From NCBI GenBank assembly GCA_002269645.1, contig NIVC01000020.1:124001-188000 (forward strand): a DNA stretch of 64,000 bases, read 5' to 3'. This stretch comes from Macrostomum lignano (lineage: Eukaryota). Below are positions 11,961-32,932 of the stretch, piece after piece (positions within the stretch are counted from its first letter, which is position 1; each line of letters starts with the position of its first letter). The position numbers and the translations under genes are program-made. A model generated the notes under the pieces. The model made no database searches. It worked only from the letters and a program-made list of their open reading frames with translations, and had not been told where the DNA came from.

Positions 11961-12030
11961 CTAGAGATGTACTCTCTAAATTCTCCCCTTTTCTAGTCAC
12001 TGTGTGGCTGGCAATTGAAGTAATATATAT

Positions 12031-12183
12031 GCGCAACCTTGGGAATCACCTAGCCATTTCTATTGGCAACACATGTAAGTTGCTATTGGCTAAGAGCAGT
12101 CACATGATTAACTATTCTGCCTAATAGCGACTTATATGTGTGTGTTGCCAATAGAAATGGCAGAGTGAATCCCAAGGTTGCAC
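12031..12183. mobile_element. Palindromic MITE-like element (about 70 bp inverted arms)
   Basis: GCGCAACCTTGGGAATCACCTAGCCATTTCTATTGGCAACAC... pairs with ...GTGTTGCCAATAGAAATGGCAGAGTGAATCCCAAGGTTGCAC. Confidence 0.7.
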
Positions 12184-12854
12184 ACAAGCATATGAAGTAC
12201 TTTGTTGTTGTTGTTGTTTTAGACATTTTAAGAACTTTTATTTTACTTAAGTTAAACAAAAGTTAAAAATTAGTTTTTAATACTATAATTCACTTTGGTA
12301 ATAATGCCTAATTAATGAGCTAAAACCAGAAAATGAACAATAATTCTAAGGTAAATAGCTCATAGGTATACTACTTGAAAAAAGGTATAACAATAATATA
12401 ATAAAGTTAAAGCTACTGTTTCAAGTTGCTTACTAGGAGATTAAGCAAATACATTAGTCTATTGTTACAAGTTTATTGAATATAATATACTTTTAGTATT
12501 TACTATACTTAGTTTCTATTATAATAATTAACAGATCAATATCAATTTATATTGATATATACAAATATACTGTATACACACATATGTAATAGTTTTATTC
12601 CTTGCCTTACTAGCAATTATTGAACTATGACAAATATTTTGCTAAGTAATGGTATTACTTTAATGAACATTGGCTCTCTATATACATTGCTAATTCAAGT
12701 TGCATAAATATAGCAAGCATTGCCTCAGGGGGCCTTCGTGGATTTTTTACACTGCCAAATACCACAGGTCACAAGTGGTAGCAGAGCTCAGAATGGCAGA
12801 TGGCAGCCATTATGCAATTCTAAGAACTTTTAGCTCTGTCAACTTTGTAGCAGT

Positions 12855-13495
12855 TTGAGCTCTATAGCAGCCAACAAGTGGTCATATGATAAACACTTGC
12901 ATCTGCCAATGTTTTTGGATAGCAAGGCTCTGATAGCTTTCTTTGAGCTTGACAAGAAGGATAAAAGCAACTATAGTCAGGTGACCAAAGCATTAATGGA
13001 GGCTTTCCACCTAGATAGCCAGCACTTCTTAGTACTAGAGACATTCAAGAGCCAGAAGCTGCTGCCTAGTGAACCTCCTTAGCTATTTTTCTACCACCTG
13101 AAGCAATTACTCAAAGACACTAGAATTAGCAACAAAAATGCCATAGACCATGCTGATCTATCACTTCATCCATGGACTGCTGGCAGATTTCAGCAGACAA
13201 ATCAGAGCCAACGCAATAGTCAAGATGGTGAGTGATGCCCTTGCATGGGCACAACTACTGCTAGAGCTGCCTTCTGCTACCATGGATGGAAGCCAACAGA
13301 CTCTTATAGCGGCAGCTAGAACTAGTTGTGGCAGCACCAAGATTGCAGATCTAAAGGCTACAGTTAGCTTATTGCAGCCAATAGTCCAAGACCTGGTGGC
13401 AAAGCTAGGCTTAGAGGCTTTAGACTCCTGTGCAGTTCACAGTGCAAGGAGATAGTATAAGGTAACCTACTAAAATTGCAACCACTGTGGCCACT
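12855..13495 (+). pseudogene. Decayed LTR-retrotransposon Gag with broken zinc knuckle
   Basis: LPMFLDSKALIAFFELDKKDKSNYSQVTKALMEAF...LETFKSQKLLPSEPP*LFFYHLKQLLK, then a frameshift to LIYHFIHGL. ACC TAC TAA AAT TGC AAC CAC TGT GGC CAC (about 13466-13495) reads as a decayed TCYNC..GH knuckle. Confidence 0.65.
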
Positions 13496-15290
13496 AAACT
13501 TAGGGCCTATAAAGTAAAAAAATAGTATTATGCATTTTAACAATTCCCTTTTTGTCTTTCCTAGTTAATTTTTATATTTCTTTTTCAAAATATACTAATA
13601 TATATTACTACAAAAATGACATGATCATTATTTGTTATTAACTAAAGACAAAGTGACTAGGCATATTATTAAAATATAAAACTTCATTAACCAGTATATA
13701 ATGATAGGCCCTTTTATATTATTTAATATAAAGTATTATTTATTCTAATATGTAATTAATATTCTATAATAGCTAAAATATTTCTAATAATAAATTGTTA
13801 TGTTGTGGTTCTTTCCAGAGTCTTTGCTCCCACAGTTACTTTTTTTTGGCTTTTTGCCAGCTTTGCCTTTTTACATATAAATATTATTTAACATATAGTA
13901 TGGCTCACATTAAGTCATAGACATAGACAAGTCTGCTGTGGCTAATAAATAAAACTAAATCTACAGCATAAATATAAAACTATATTAATATAATAACAAA
14001 AGGCGAACTATATACTTAGCATTGCTTAGCATTGCTTAGCATGCTTAGCATTAGCATTTAATATTATTTTGCTAGATTTATATATTATTATTAGGCCTAT
14101 ATTTTGCCTATTACCTGCCTAGGCCTATATTTTGCTATTGCTAAGCCTAGTGCTATATGTTATTAAAGTCTATATATATATAGATATTTCATAAATTAAA
14201 TATAACAAGCCTAAAACCATTGCATATATACTATATATAAATTAGATGGCATTTTTATATAGTTTTTTATTCTAAAAAGGAATATGTATCATATGTAATA
14301 TGTATATACCTTTGTTTGAATTGAAGCATAATGAGTACAAAATATTCCTTGGGCTTAGTAATTAGCACATCTAGGCATAGAGACATGGTAATGTGCACAT
14401 TTGATTTTATAGCTAGATAGAGAATTGTGTGTTATAACAGGCCTTAAATAGTGCACACTGTGTCATTTTCTTGACTAGAACTGTCTAAAAATCCAATGCC
14501 ATGCCAATGGTTAAGGCAGATATAGAGGCACTGAAATTCCAAAATTAGGCCTAGTAGTAGTTTTTGTTCAAAACTATAAGTAGGCCTACCTAAAATTAGC
14601 CAACAATTTAGGGGCCTAACAGCAATCATTTTTGCTAAAATAATCATCTGGAGGGCATATGACCAAGATGGCCACCACACATCAAGATGGTTGCTGTAAT
14701 ATAAGAATAATAATTAATATAAGAATAGCTATTATATTGCTAATTAATGGTAAAGTGTGGCCATCTTGGTCTTACACCATCTGGAGAGTGGAGTCTACAC
14801 ATTGACAATTTATTTTGGACTGTAGAATAAATAAAATACTTCAAATTTTTCATATTTTTCTCTACTCTCCTTGGCGAACTAGCTCTGCCGCTGCTTTGTT
14901 ATTTGTAATTAAATTAGGTTGGCCAGATGTCTAACTAGCTTCCTTCCATCGCGTCGGCACAGTCAGCACCCCGCCCGTCTTTAACGCCAGAGGATGTGCC
15001 CCGTACTCCGCGCATGCCATATGTGGTGTTCCAGTGGCGGCCGCGGGTGTCTGCCACTATCCATAAGCATTGCATGGCACGTTGTTGTACTGTACGGCCA
15101 CCACGGGCACGCAGGACTTCGAGATCGCGCACGCTGAAGTTTCTTTTAAAATTTAAAATTGCACAAAATTACAATGATAAACTAATCTAATCAAATAATT
15201 TTCAAAAAGTGGAACAATTTAAAAGCCTAAAAATAAAAGACTGCTCGAAAACACTTTGATATACTTTAGATAGATTTTGCTTCGATTAAC

Positions 15291-16658
15291 TGTAAAGCAT
15301 ACAGTCACGCATAAAAGAATAATTTTAAGTAATGGATAGGCCATAGGCGTAAATTGTGAGTAATTATTCCAAATAGGGTAACACGTAACAGGGCAGCAGA
15401 GGGAATGCTCACTATGTAGCTAAAGTTTTTTCCATCAGTTTTCCCCCGCTGCCCACTTCGTACGCGGAAACACGTCCATGTAGTATATTCCCATTCATTC
15501 GTTAGGGCTTGAGCTTTATCATGCCTCTGCTGAAATCGAATGAATGCTGATTGATTACGGATAGGGAGAAAAACGTCCCTTGTTTCGTACTCGGACCGAC
15601 AATCATGCACTCGTTGCTGAGCGTTCTGAGTTTTTTTTTAGTCCAGGTGAGATAAACCGGCCCCCACCATGGATCAGTATGCTGTTGTGCATGTCTCCAA
15701 CGGGGTCCGACGTACGTGTGGGCCAGCTCAACTACAGTACAAAGACTGATAATATAGTTTTTTGATGGCTTTATGAATATGACTCCAGTTGCTTCCTATT
15801 GGGTTTGTTGAAGCGAAACTGAATTCGAATTCCAGTTTATAGGAGGTTGCGCGCCTGTCGAGTTAAGCGGCTAAATATGTTTGCTTGCGCCTCCTTTTGA
15901 TTTCAATTAGCCTTTCAACTTTACTGGCTTTACTGTTTAATCGAAAGTTTAGAACACAAGTTTTTGTTCGAACGATAGTTGTTAGGCAGCCAGTTTGCTC
16001 GCTCGCAAGTTGGCCCATTTCTACTTTTCCGCACTTATATTTATACAACAAAATTTGCCTCAGTCAGCGTTATTTCAAACCAATAGCAATTGCAAGAAAG
16101 TCTGGGAATTATTTTTTCGGTGCGAAAGTTTGGATGTCTGCGTGCCAGTTTCATGTGAACAGCGAAATCGGACACCGCCGTTGTGCGTCATTCGGCGGCT
16201 CCACCAGTGTTGCAGCTGTATCGATGTCGCAGATTTTGGGCGCTGATCTCAGCAGTTTTCGTGAGAACCAGACGTTCAGGCGTTCTTAGTGCAAGCCAAG
16301 TTCAGCCGGCTAAACTTTTCTAACTTTCACTTGTGCAACAATTGAGCGTTGGGAAGCACAATGAACTCCTGCTGAACTGGTCTTGCTGTCCTGAGCCGAT
16401 CGGCTGATTGTTGCGTACTGCTGAGATCGTTGATGCTGCTGCTGCTGATGGTGCAAGCCGAGCTACGTTGGGTGTCTTAGACAAAAGCTAGCGTCCGCAA
16501 CGTTGGGGCCTACTTCATAACTTTGGTCCCCTCGCTCCAGGCTCACATTGGGTCCTCTCGTTGCCGTCCAGCCTCGCCAGGTGACTCGACCAGGTGACAC
16601 GACCAGGTGACCTAGCCTATCCCCGTTCCTAGACTTATGAGCATTTTCTTATGGCTCA
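15291..16658 (-). mobile_element. Candidate 3' LTR of the Ty3/gypsy element
   Basis: On the minus strand a polypurine tract AAGGGGCGGATA (16659-16670) is followed directly by TG at 16658. The far end is only guessed from TGT at 15291, where CpG-normal sequence meets AT-rich DNA. No second LTR is available for confirmation. Confidence 0.3.
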
Positions 16659-17317
16659 TATCCGCCCCTTGTTGAAACGCAGACCACTCCTGGTCTGAAA
16701 ATGATGGCGTCTTGATCAGTGCTGGATATCCTCATCACGTCATTTGATTTGAGTTATGCTCCTTCGCGATAGTGTTGATTTTCTTGCTAGGGCTGTCGTC
16801 TTGGCGTCCACTTTTCACGCCTATGTCCCACCGCTAATCTAAAGGCCTAGTGCCTTACTACTGCCTAAGTTCAGTCACACGACACACAAGGGTTCTACTA
16901 ACTATACCCTTAGTCAGGCAAACTGTCTCGCTTCGATCGTAGTGTTAGTCGAGACCAGGCAATCCCACTTAAAAGTACTTGCACGTGGAATGGGCATTCA
17001 TACTATAACTTTGCTTCACGTGTAATAACTTTGTCTGTCTAAACTGTTTTCTACTGCAGGCGGTTTGTGTCGTAGTTATTCAATAGTTTGATGTCTCTTT
17101 ATGACTTAACTCAACTTGCTTGATAATCCCATTTGGCGGACAGTAATACTCGTAGTTCATCTCAAAATATTGATAGCGTCGTAGATCTTCTCCATGGTAG
17201 GTCTCGTAATCAAACTCGTCCTCGTACATGTACATTTTCGTCTGCTAATTCGCTTGGTGGTAAGTCCGTCGCCATGGATAGTCCATTCTGAACTATCCCT
17301 CTACCCTCCTGTTGCTG

Positions 17318-19309
17318 TTAGTGTTGGATTTTGTCCCTGCTCCGCAAGTTGTATGCATGAGCGGGATGCTCTTCCAGTTCATCCGAGACTTGCGTGCCAA
17401 TTGTTCTATATAGCGGCTTCCTCTGCTGTAGTGCCATTCTTCTGGGGTCCGTCGGTTGGAAATCGGGCAAGAAAACAGATTCCTCCGGGTTCTGCATCTT
17501 TTTTAATCTGTCGACGTGTACCCGCATTGGTTCCTTGTTATTGTCTTCCGATCGGATGGCTACATTCGTTTCGTTGAATTTCCGAATCACTCTATTCGGT
17601 CCCGAAAATCGTGGTTGATGTTTTGCAATTCTTAGTGGTTCTTGTAGCATGACTCTGTCACCTACTTGTAGAGTCGTTTGCTGTCGCCCCTTGTTGGCTT
17701 GTTTGTGCGTTCGCTTTTGTGCTTGCTGTAGATTGTGTCTGGCGATTTCTCGAGCTAATCTTAGAGCTTCCGCCACCTCGTTGGCGAATGTTGGCTCCTC
17801 CGCATATTTTAACTTTCCTACTTGTAAGACCGTGTCTGTTGGCATCATTGGCTGTCGTCCGTACATCAGTTCAAATGGCGAAAACTTTGAAGATTTCTGT
17901 ATGGCGGTGTTATATGCGAACATCGTGGCTTGCAAGTGTTGGTGCCACGCTCCTGGTTTAGTGCTTGTGTAGTGATTCAACATGTTGTGCAGTGTTGAAT
18001 GTAATCGTTCCACAAAGTTGCTTCTCGGTGAGTATGGTGAACACAGTATGTGTTTGACTCCCATCAATGCGAGGGCTTCCTCCAAAAGTTTCGCTGTGAA
18101 GTTCCGGCCGTTGTCTGTTGTCACTTCCCTAGGTATACCAAATATCATGAATGTCTCGAACAATGTCGTAGCTGTTGTCTGTGCTGTCAAGTCTGGTATG
18201 GGTCTTGCCATTGCAAACTTCGTGAAACAACAGATCATCGTCATGATGTGTGTGTACGTCTCTCCTCGGACTGACGTAGGTGAAAATGGTCCTACCAGAT
18301 CAATCGAAACTTTGTCAAACGGTTGTCCAGGTATCTCAGCCATCTGAATCAGGCCTTGGTGCATCTTTCCTGTCTTCTGCTTTGCACAATCAATGCAGTC
18401 GTCACAGAATGTCTTGATGTCCTTCACCATTGTTGGCCAGTAGTAGTGTTGTCGTATTTTTGCTAGGGTTTTATCGTATCCGAGATGTGCTGCGAATGGT
18501 AGTTCATGTAGAGAACGGCAGATTGTTTCTCGCAGTTCGAATGGCAGCACAATTTGTTGCATCTGATCAGCGACTCTATATATGATATTATTGAGAATCG
18601 CATAGTCGTCGATGTGTCGTCTTACTTGTTGCTTAATCTTCATGTGTAGTTCTCCATCGTAATTTTCTTCTTGATCTGTCAGAATTGCTCTCAAGTATTG
18701 GCACAGTGGGTCTCCTGTCTGGGCATCTCGAAGAGCTTGTATGTGTGGTATTGGGTGCGTTATCCTTATCAAGTCCACTTCATACATCCGTGATAGCGCA
18801 TCCGGTATTGCATGCTTCGTTGCTTCTCCGGGAACGTACTCGATTTGTATTTGGAATTGCTGTAGGTACAATAGCCATCGTAAAATCTGGTTATTGTGCA
18901 ATGCTCTGTGTGTCAATAGTCCTCTCAACGGTTGGTGATCGACTCTCAATAGCGTTGGAACCTGAGCTGCGTACAAGAATTGTACAAACGATTTGAAGGC
19001 GAAGTATACCGCTAGCAGCTCTAAGTGCGTGACGGCATATCTCGTCTCTGCGTCTCGTAGTTGTCGACTTGCGAATGCCACTGGTCGTTCTCGTCCTTGC
19101 TCATCCTCCTGTGTCAGCATCGCTCCTATTCCTGTTGTTGAGGCATCTGTCGATACTATAAATCGCTTGTCGAAATCGGGGTGTGCTAGCCTCAGGTCCA
19201 CTGCCATGAGTTTCTTCATTCTGATAAACCTCTCATCCGCCTCCTCAGTCCATTTGAGTTTAGTTTTTGATGCTGCCGCTTTGGCACGTTCATACATGAA
19301 CACGTTCAT
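17318..19309 (-). mobile_element. Ty3/gypsy pol, 5'-truncated: RT connection, RNase H, integrase
   Basis: RNase H TDAS..GIGAML..RPVAFASRQL..AE.RY...LELLA..DHQPL. Integrase HHCC (HELPFAAHLG...YYWPTM...CDDCIDC) and core DLVGP...TDNGRNF...SNFVERLH. Open frame of 663 codons; gag, protease and RT core are missing. Confidence 0.93.
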
Positions 19310-19555
19310 ACATGTAAGAACAAGGACTAGTCCTTGTGTAAGAACCGTCAGCTACACAGATCCTTTTTGCTTGGCAGACTTTCGATGACAAATTTCACGC
19401 GCAGTCAATCTGCTGGCTTTGATCTTTGCTTTGAGGCCATGCACGTACGCTGCTGCTGCCGCAGGCATCTCCCGTGTTCGAGTTCAACAGCTCTGTTGGC
19501 CCGTTCTTGGCGAACCTTGAGTGCTTGGCAAATGCTGCAGGCGAACTTCTGATAA

Positions 19556-19760
19556 TTAGCGTGCCAGCTTGCAGACATCACATCAGCTGTGCCAGAACTG
19601 CACTAATTGATAGCGTGCCAGCTTGCAGAAATCACGTCACCTGGGTCAGAACTGCACTAATTGATAGCGTGCCAGCTTGCAGAAATCACGTCACCTGGGT
19701 CAGAACTGCACTAATTGATAGCGTGCCAGCTTGCAGAAAGCACATCACGTGTGCCAGAAT
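19556..19760 (+). repeat. 60 bp tandem repeat, about 3.5 copies
   Basis: GATAGCGTGCCAGCTTGCAGAAATCACGTCACCTGGGTCAGAACTGCACTAATT... repeated. Confidence 0.9.
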
Positions 19761-20421
19761 TTCAGCGTACCTTAAAATTTGCATCCTTTGGTTGTTCGTT
19801 CATGCAAAGCGTAATTTTGAAGCATAGACTTTTTCAGTGTTGAAAATACTGTATGTACACCTTCCTGAGGTGAACTTTTGCTTCAGGACCCCACAGAAGT
19901 TTGTCCCGCAGGTTATTTGTCTCTGGCACAGTGCATGTTCCGGTAAAGCATCTAATTGATAGTTTCATGTCAATAAAATTAACAATGAAGAACCCTATGT
20001 ATTCTGGCTTTAATTGGTCAGCAGATTGCAGAGTCTTGACTCCTACTAATCTTCCAGCCCTGCTAGAAGTGGTACATGTGGTCCAAAGTGTTTAAAGGCA
20101 TTGGGAAATGGAATAACATAATATTTTAAGTAAACAAGTTAAAATAAGCATCGCATCAGGTTAGTGAGTTTGTGATAGCAATAGCATGCACATAATTTAT
20201 TATTTTTTTATATTTCCCCTTCGTAGCGCAGCCACTTCGAGTCCAGCTGCACTCAAAGTGTGCGCCAGTTGAAAACGCGGCATGAGAAAAATCCTTATTG
20301 AACTTTTGAACCAGCTAACATTGATGCGATTCGAGCGTTTTACGAAGTACCTGCGGTTTGCAAACAGGATCACAGCAAGCAGCATCTGCTTGAGCTCGCA
20401 AATTTCTGCAAAGCCGTCAGC

Positions 20422-29491
<9,070 letters not shown>

Positions 29492-30089
29492 GGCTGGGGC
29501 ATCAGCAGGTGCTGCGGGAGCTGCTCGGCCGGTATGGATGCCTCATGCCTCCGCCCAGAGTCAGCAGTGAGACGCCTTGGCTGAGATGAAGCTGTTCTCA
29601 GACAGTGCTTTGCCACAAGCAACTGCTCGAGTGGGATTAGACTGAGACCTCGGGGAGGGCAGCGGCTGAGTATCCCATGCATGCATATCCCATGCGGACA
29701 GCCAGCCGGTCCCATAGGCCGAGGGCGCCGCGCCGAATCCCCAGCCCCGCCCCGGCCGACCCGCCCGCTGCGGAGGGGTTGGCGGCGGGATTCAACCTTC
29801 AACACCCGCAGCGGCGTCGCCACGCGATTTTCGTGCGTGCCGCTCGCCCGGAAGACAATTTCGATCGTTTTTTAGAACCGAATCGGATTTCAGACTTGGC
29901 TTTTATTGGCTTTTTAATCTGCTTCGAATGTCTCCGGATCAGCCCCCGTGCTGTCCAGCCAGAGCGTTTTAATTTACTGCCACAGCCGCTGCCGCTACCT
30001 GGCTGCCCAGCCCTCCACTGCCCACCTCATCTGCGCCTCCTTTGCTAACTGCCTCTGAATTTATCCAAATTCTCTTTGATAGCATTCAC

Positions 30090-31046
30090 TTACCTCCCCT
30101 CTCCCTTCCAATAAGCCCCCCTCTCCCCTCTCCCTCCCACTCAGCCCCCCTCTCCCCTCTCCCTCCCACTCAGCCCCCCTCTCCACTTCTCCCTCCCACT
30201 CAGCCTCCCCCTCTCCACTTCTCCCTCCCACTCAGCCCCCCTCTCCACTTCTCCCTCCCACTCAGCCCCCCTCTCCACTTCTCCCTCCCACTCAGCCTCC
30301 CCCTCTCCACTTCTCCCTCCCACTCAGCACCCCTCTCCACTTCTCCCTCCCACTCAGCCCCCCTCTCCACTTCTCCCTCCCACTCAGCCCCCCTCTCCAC
30401 TTCTCCCTCCCACTCAGCCCCCCTCTCCACTTCTCCCTCCCACTCAGCCCCCCTCTCCACTTCTCCCTCCCACTCAGCCTCCCCCTCTCCACTTCTCCCT
30501 CCCACTCAGCCCCCCTCTCCACTTCGCCCTCCCACTCAGCCTCCACTCTCCACTTCTCCCTCCGACTCAGCCTCCACTCTCCACTTCTCCCTCCCACTCA
30601 GCCCCCCTCTCCACTTCTCCCTCCCACTCAGCCCCCCTCTCCAGTTCTCCCTCCCACTCAGCCCCCCTCTCCACTTCTCCCTCCCACTCAGCCCCCCTCT
30701 CCCTATCCCTCCCACTCAGCCTCTACCTCTCCCCTTCTCCCTCTTACTCTGCCTCCCCCTCTCCACTCTCCCCACTCAGTCTTCCCCTCTCCCCTCAATC
30801 TGCCTCCCCCACTCTACTCCTCCCTGTCCCTTTCTCTCCCTCTTTCTCTCTCTCCTCTCCTTTCTCTCCCTCTACTTCTCTCCTTCCCTTTTTTCACCCC
30901 TCTCTTCTCTCCCCTCTCTTTTCCTCCCCACCCCTTTCTCTCCTGTCTTCCTCTCCCTTCCTTTTTCTCCTTCTTTTCTCTCCCTGTCGCTCCTTCCTTC
31001 ATAGCTTTCTCCCCATCTCCCAATTCTCCCTCCCTCTCTCCCTCAG
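30090..31046 (+). repeat. Polypyrimidine minisatellite/low-complexity tract (CCCTCCCACTCAGCCCCCCTCTCCACTTCT)
   Basis: About 950 bp, almost free of G on the plus strand, ending in an acceptor-like CTCTCTCCCTCAG. Confidence 0.92.
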
Positions 31047-31944
31047 CTTCAGTGGTCGTGTCCAGATTGCTCAAATGAATTTTCAAAGCCCGGATCGCCT
31101 TCGCCACCAAAGCGTCTTTGCTCTCAAAAGCGGGCATTGAAATTCGCGCAGCCTTCGCTCTCCAATCAACTCTCTAAAAGGCAGTCAGCCTCCCATAGCC
31201 ACTGCGTCTCCATCCTGCTCCCCTCTCCCCGGGAACACTTCCTGCTCAGCGGGGGACAGCGGGAAGTCACGTCCCGACCTCCGGCTCGGCGACTGCGCCC
31301 GGCGGCTCCCGAGACCGCAGATCAAGCTCGCTAACTCGGGCTTCATAATTCACAAGCAAGCGAGTTCGGGACCACACCAGGCTCTATTCTGCCATTTCTG
31401 GCTCAGAATAGAAACAGAGAGCAGAGAGCCGGGGGGCTCCCTCTCGTATTCTTGGTAGGTGAGGCAAAGTTTTCTTAATTACTTCTCATGCAAAATTTGG
31501 ATCGAGGAGGCTGGGCAGCCGTAGCGATGAGGCATGCGAACTCGGAGTTGCCTGAAACCCGCTTTCAACAAACGCACACCCTGAAAAGCGTATGAAAAGA
31601 CAAATAGCCTCTGCAGACTCCCCAGGCTTCGCTGCTCTGGCAGAGTCAGCCTCGTGTCCTTGCATTCCTCTTTTTACCCAGCTCGAATTTATTTAATAAT
31701 AAAGAAGTACTAGAATGCCGACTTTATACTACTGACTTGACACGAAGTAAGTAGCGAGGCACGCGTTTTGAGCCTATGGTATTAATATTAGAGCTTAAAA
31801 CCGAGCACTGCTGGAATGCAGAAGCCGGGAAAATTTCTCGACAGGACTCTGCAGACTCTGAAGTGGGCATTTCACACACGAGCTCGGCAAGTGAAAACGA
31901 AATAAATTAATAACTTGATGTACTTGTTAATCTAAGGCTTGCTG

Positions 31945-32453
31945 CAGGCTCAAGGACTTCTAATTCAATCCTCTCTGTAGCGACATCTGTCAGGCTCAAG
32001 GACTTCTAATTCAATCCTCTCTGTAGCGACATCTGTCAGGCTCAAGGACTTCTAATTCAATCCTCTCTGTAGCGACATCTGTCAGGCTCAAGGACTTCTA
32101 ATTCAATCCTCTCTGTAGCGACATCTGTCAGGCTCAAGGACTTCTAATTCAATCCTCTCTGTAGCGACATCTGTCAGGCTCAAGGACTTCTAATTCAATC
32201 CTCTCTGTAGCGACATCTGTCAGGCTCAAGGACTTCTAATTCAATCCTCTCTGTAGCGACATCTGTCAGGCTCAAGGACTTCTAATTCAATCCTCTCTGT
32301 AGCGACATCTGTCAGGCTCAAGGACTTCTAATTCAATCCTCTCTGTAGCGACATCTGTCAGGCTCAAGGACTTCTAATTCAATCCTCTCTGTAGCGACAT
32401 CTGTCAGGCTCAAGGACTTCTAATTCAATCCTCTCTGTAGCGACATCTGTCAG
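31945..32453 (+). repeat. 46 bp x 11 perfect tandem repeat
   Basis: CAGGCTCAAGGACTTCTAATTCAATCCTCTCTGTAGCGACATCTGT repeated head-to-tail without spacers. Confidence 0.97.
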
Positions 32454-32932
32454 CTACTTTCAGCTGACCAGAAGAAGAGAGGTAGGCGGTCACGCTCCCA
32501 CGGTCAAGTGGACTGGCGCTGTGACTCTTAGAAGCCTCTATAACAAGATGCTAAAGTTTCACAGCAGGCCCAGTTAATGTCAGCCAGAGGCATGTATAGC
32601 CTCCTGTTCCACTTACAGCCTCAGGAAGGCTGCGCAGGTCCTGCAGGCAGGCAGATGGCGGGCTGCAGATAAACTCTGCGCAAAACACAGGATATGCCAG
32701 TGGAGAGGGGGCGCACGCAGCCGCAGCCACTCTGCAATGCATTTTCGCTGCTGCGCCAGTGTGCAGGGCAGGAGTGCAGCCAGAGTGCGCGCTCGGACAA
32801 AACAGCATCAACAAGGTGCCGCCTCACAGCCCCCCGGGCAGCCACCCCACTCCCCAGCCCCGCCTGTCTACAAAGCCCGCTAGCAGATGCAGCCGCCTGC
32901 CGCCTATCGCTCTCAGAAAGCGCCAAGCAAAA

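Noticed and set aside
14661-14771. 15 bp perfect inverted repeat GACCAAGATGGCCAC as a distinct element
   Set aside because: Too short, with no TSD; probably a remnant inside decayed repeat DNA.
14935-15140. CpG-rich island as a coding exon
   Set aside because: None of the frames gave a recognisable product; it may be a TE fragment.
19385-20110. Extra exons of an unknown minus-strand gene between the gypsy and TIR-TMEM268
   Set aside because: Open frames and a donor/acceptor pair around the 60 bp repeat exist, but there is no start, no recognisable product and no unique phase solution.
31945-32453. CRISPR-like regular array (also 49922-50345 and 55915-58447)
   Set aside because: The units are head-to-tail with no unique spacers, there are no cas genes, and the context is eukaryotic.
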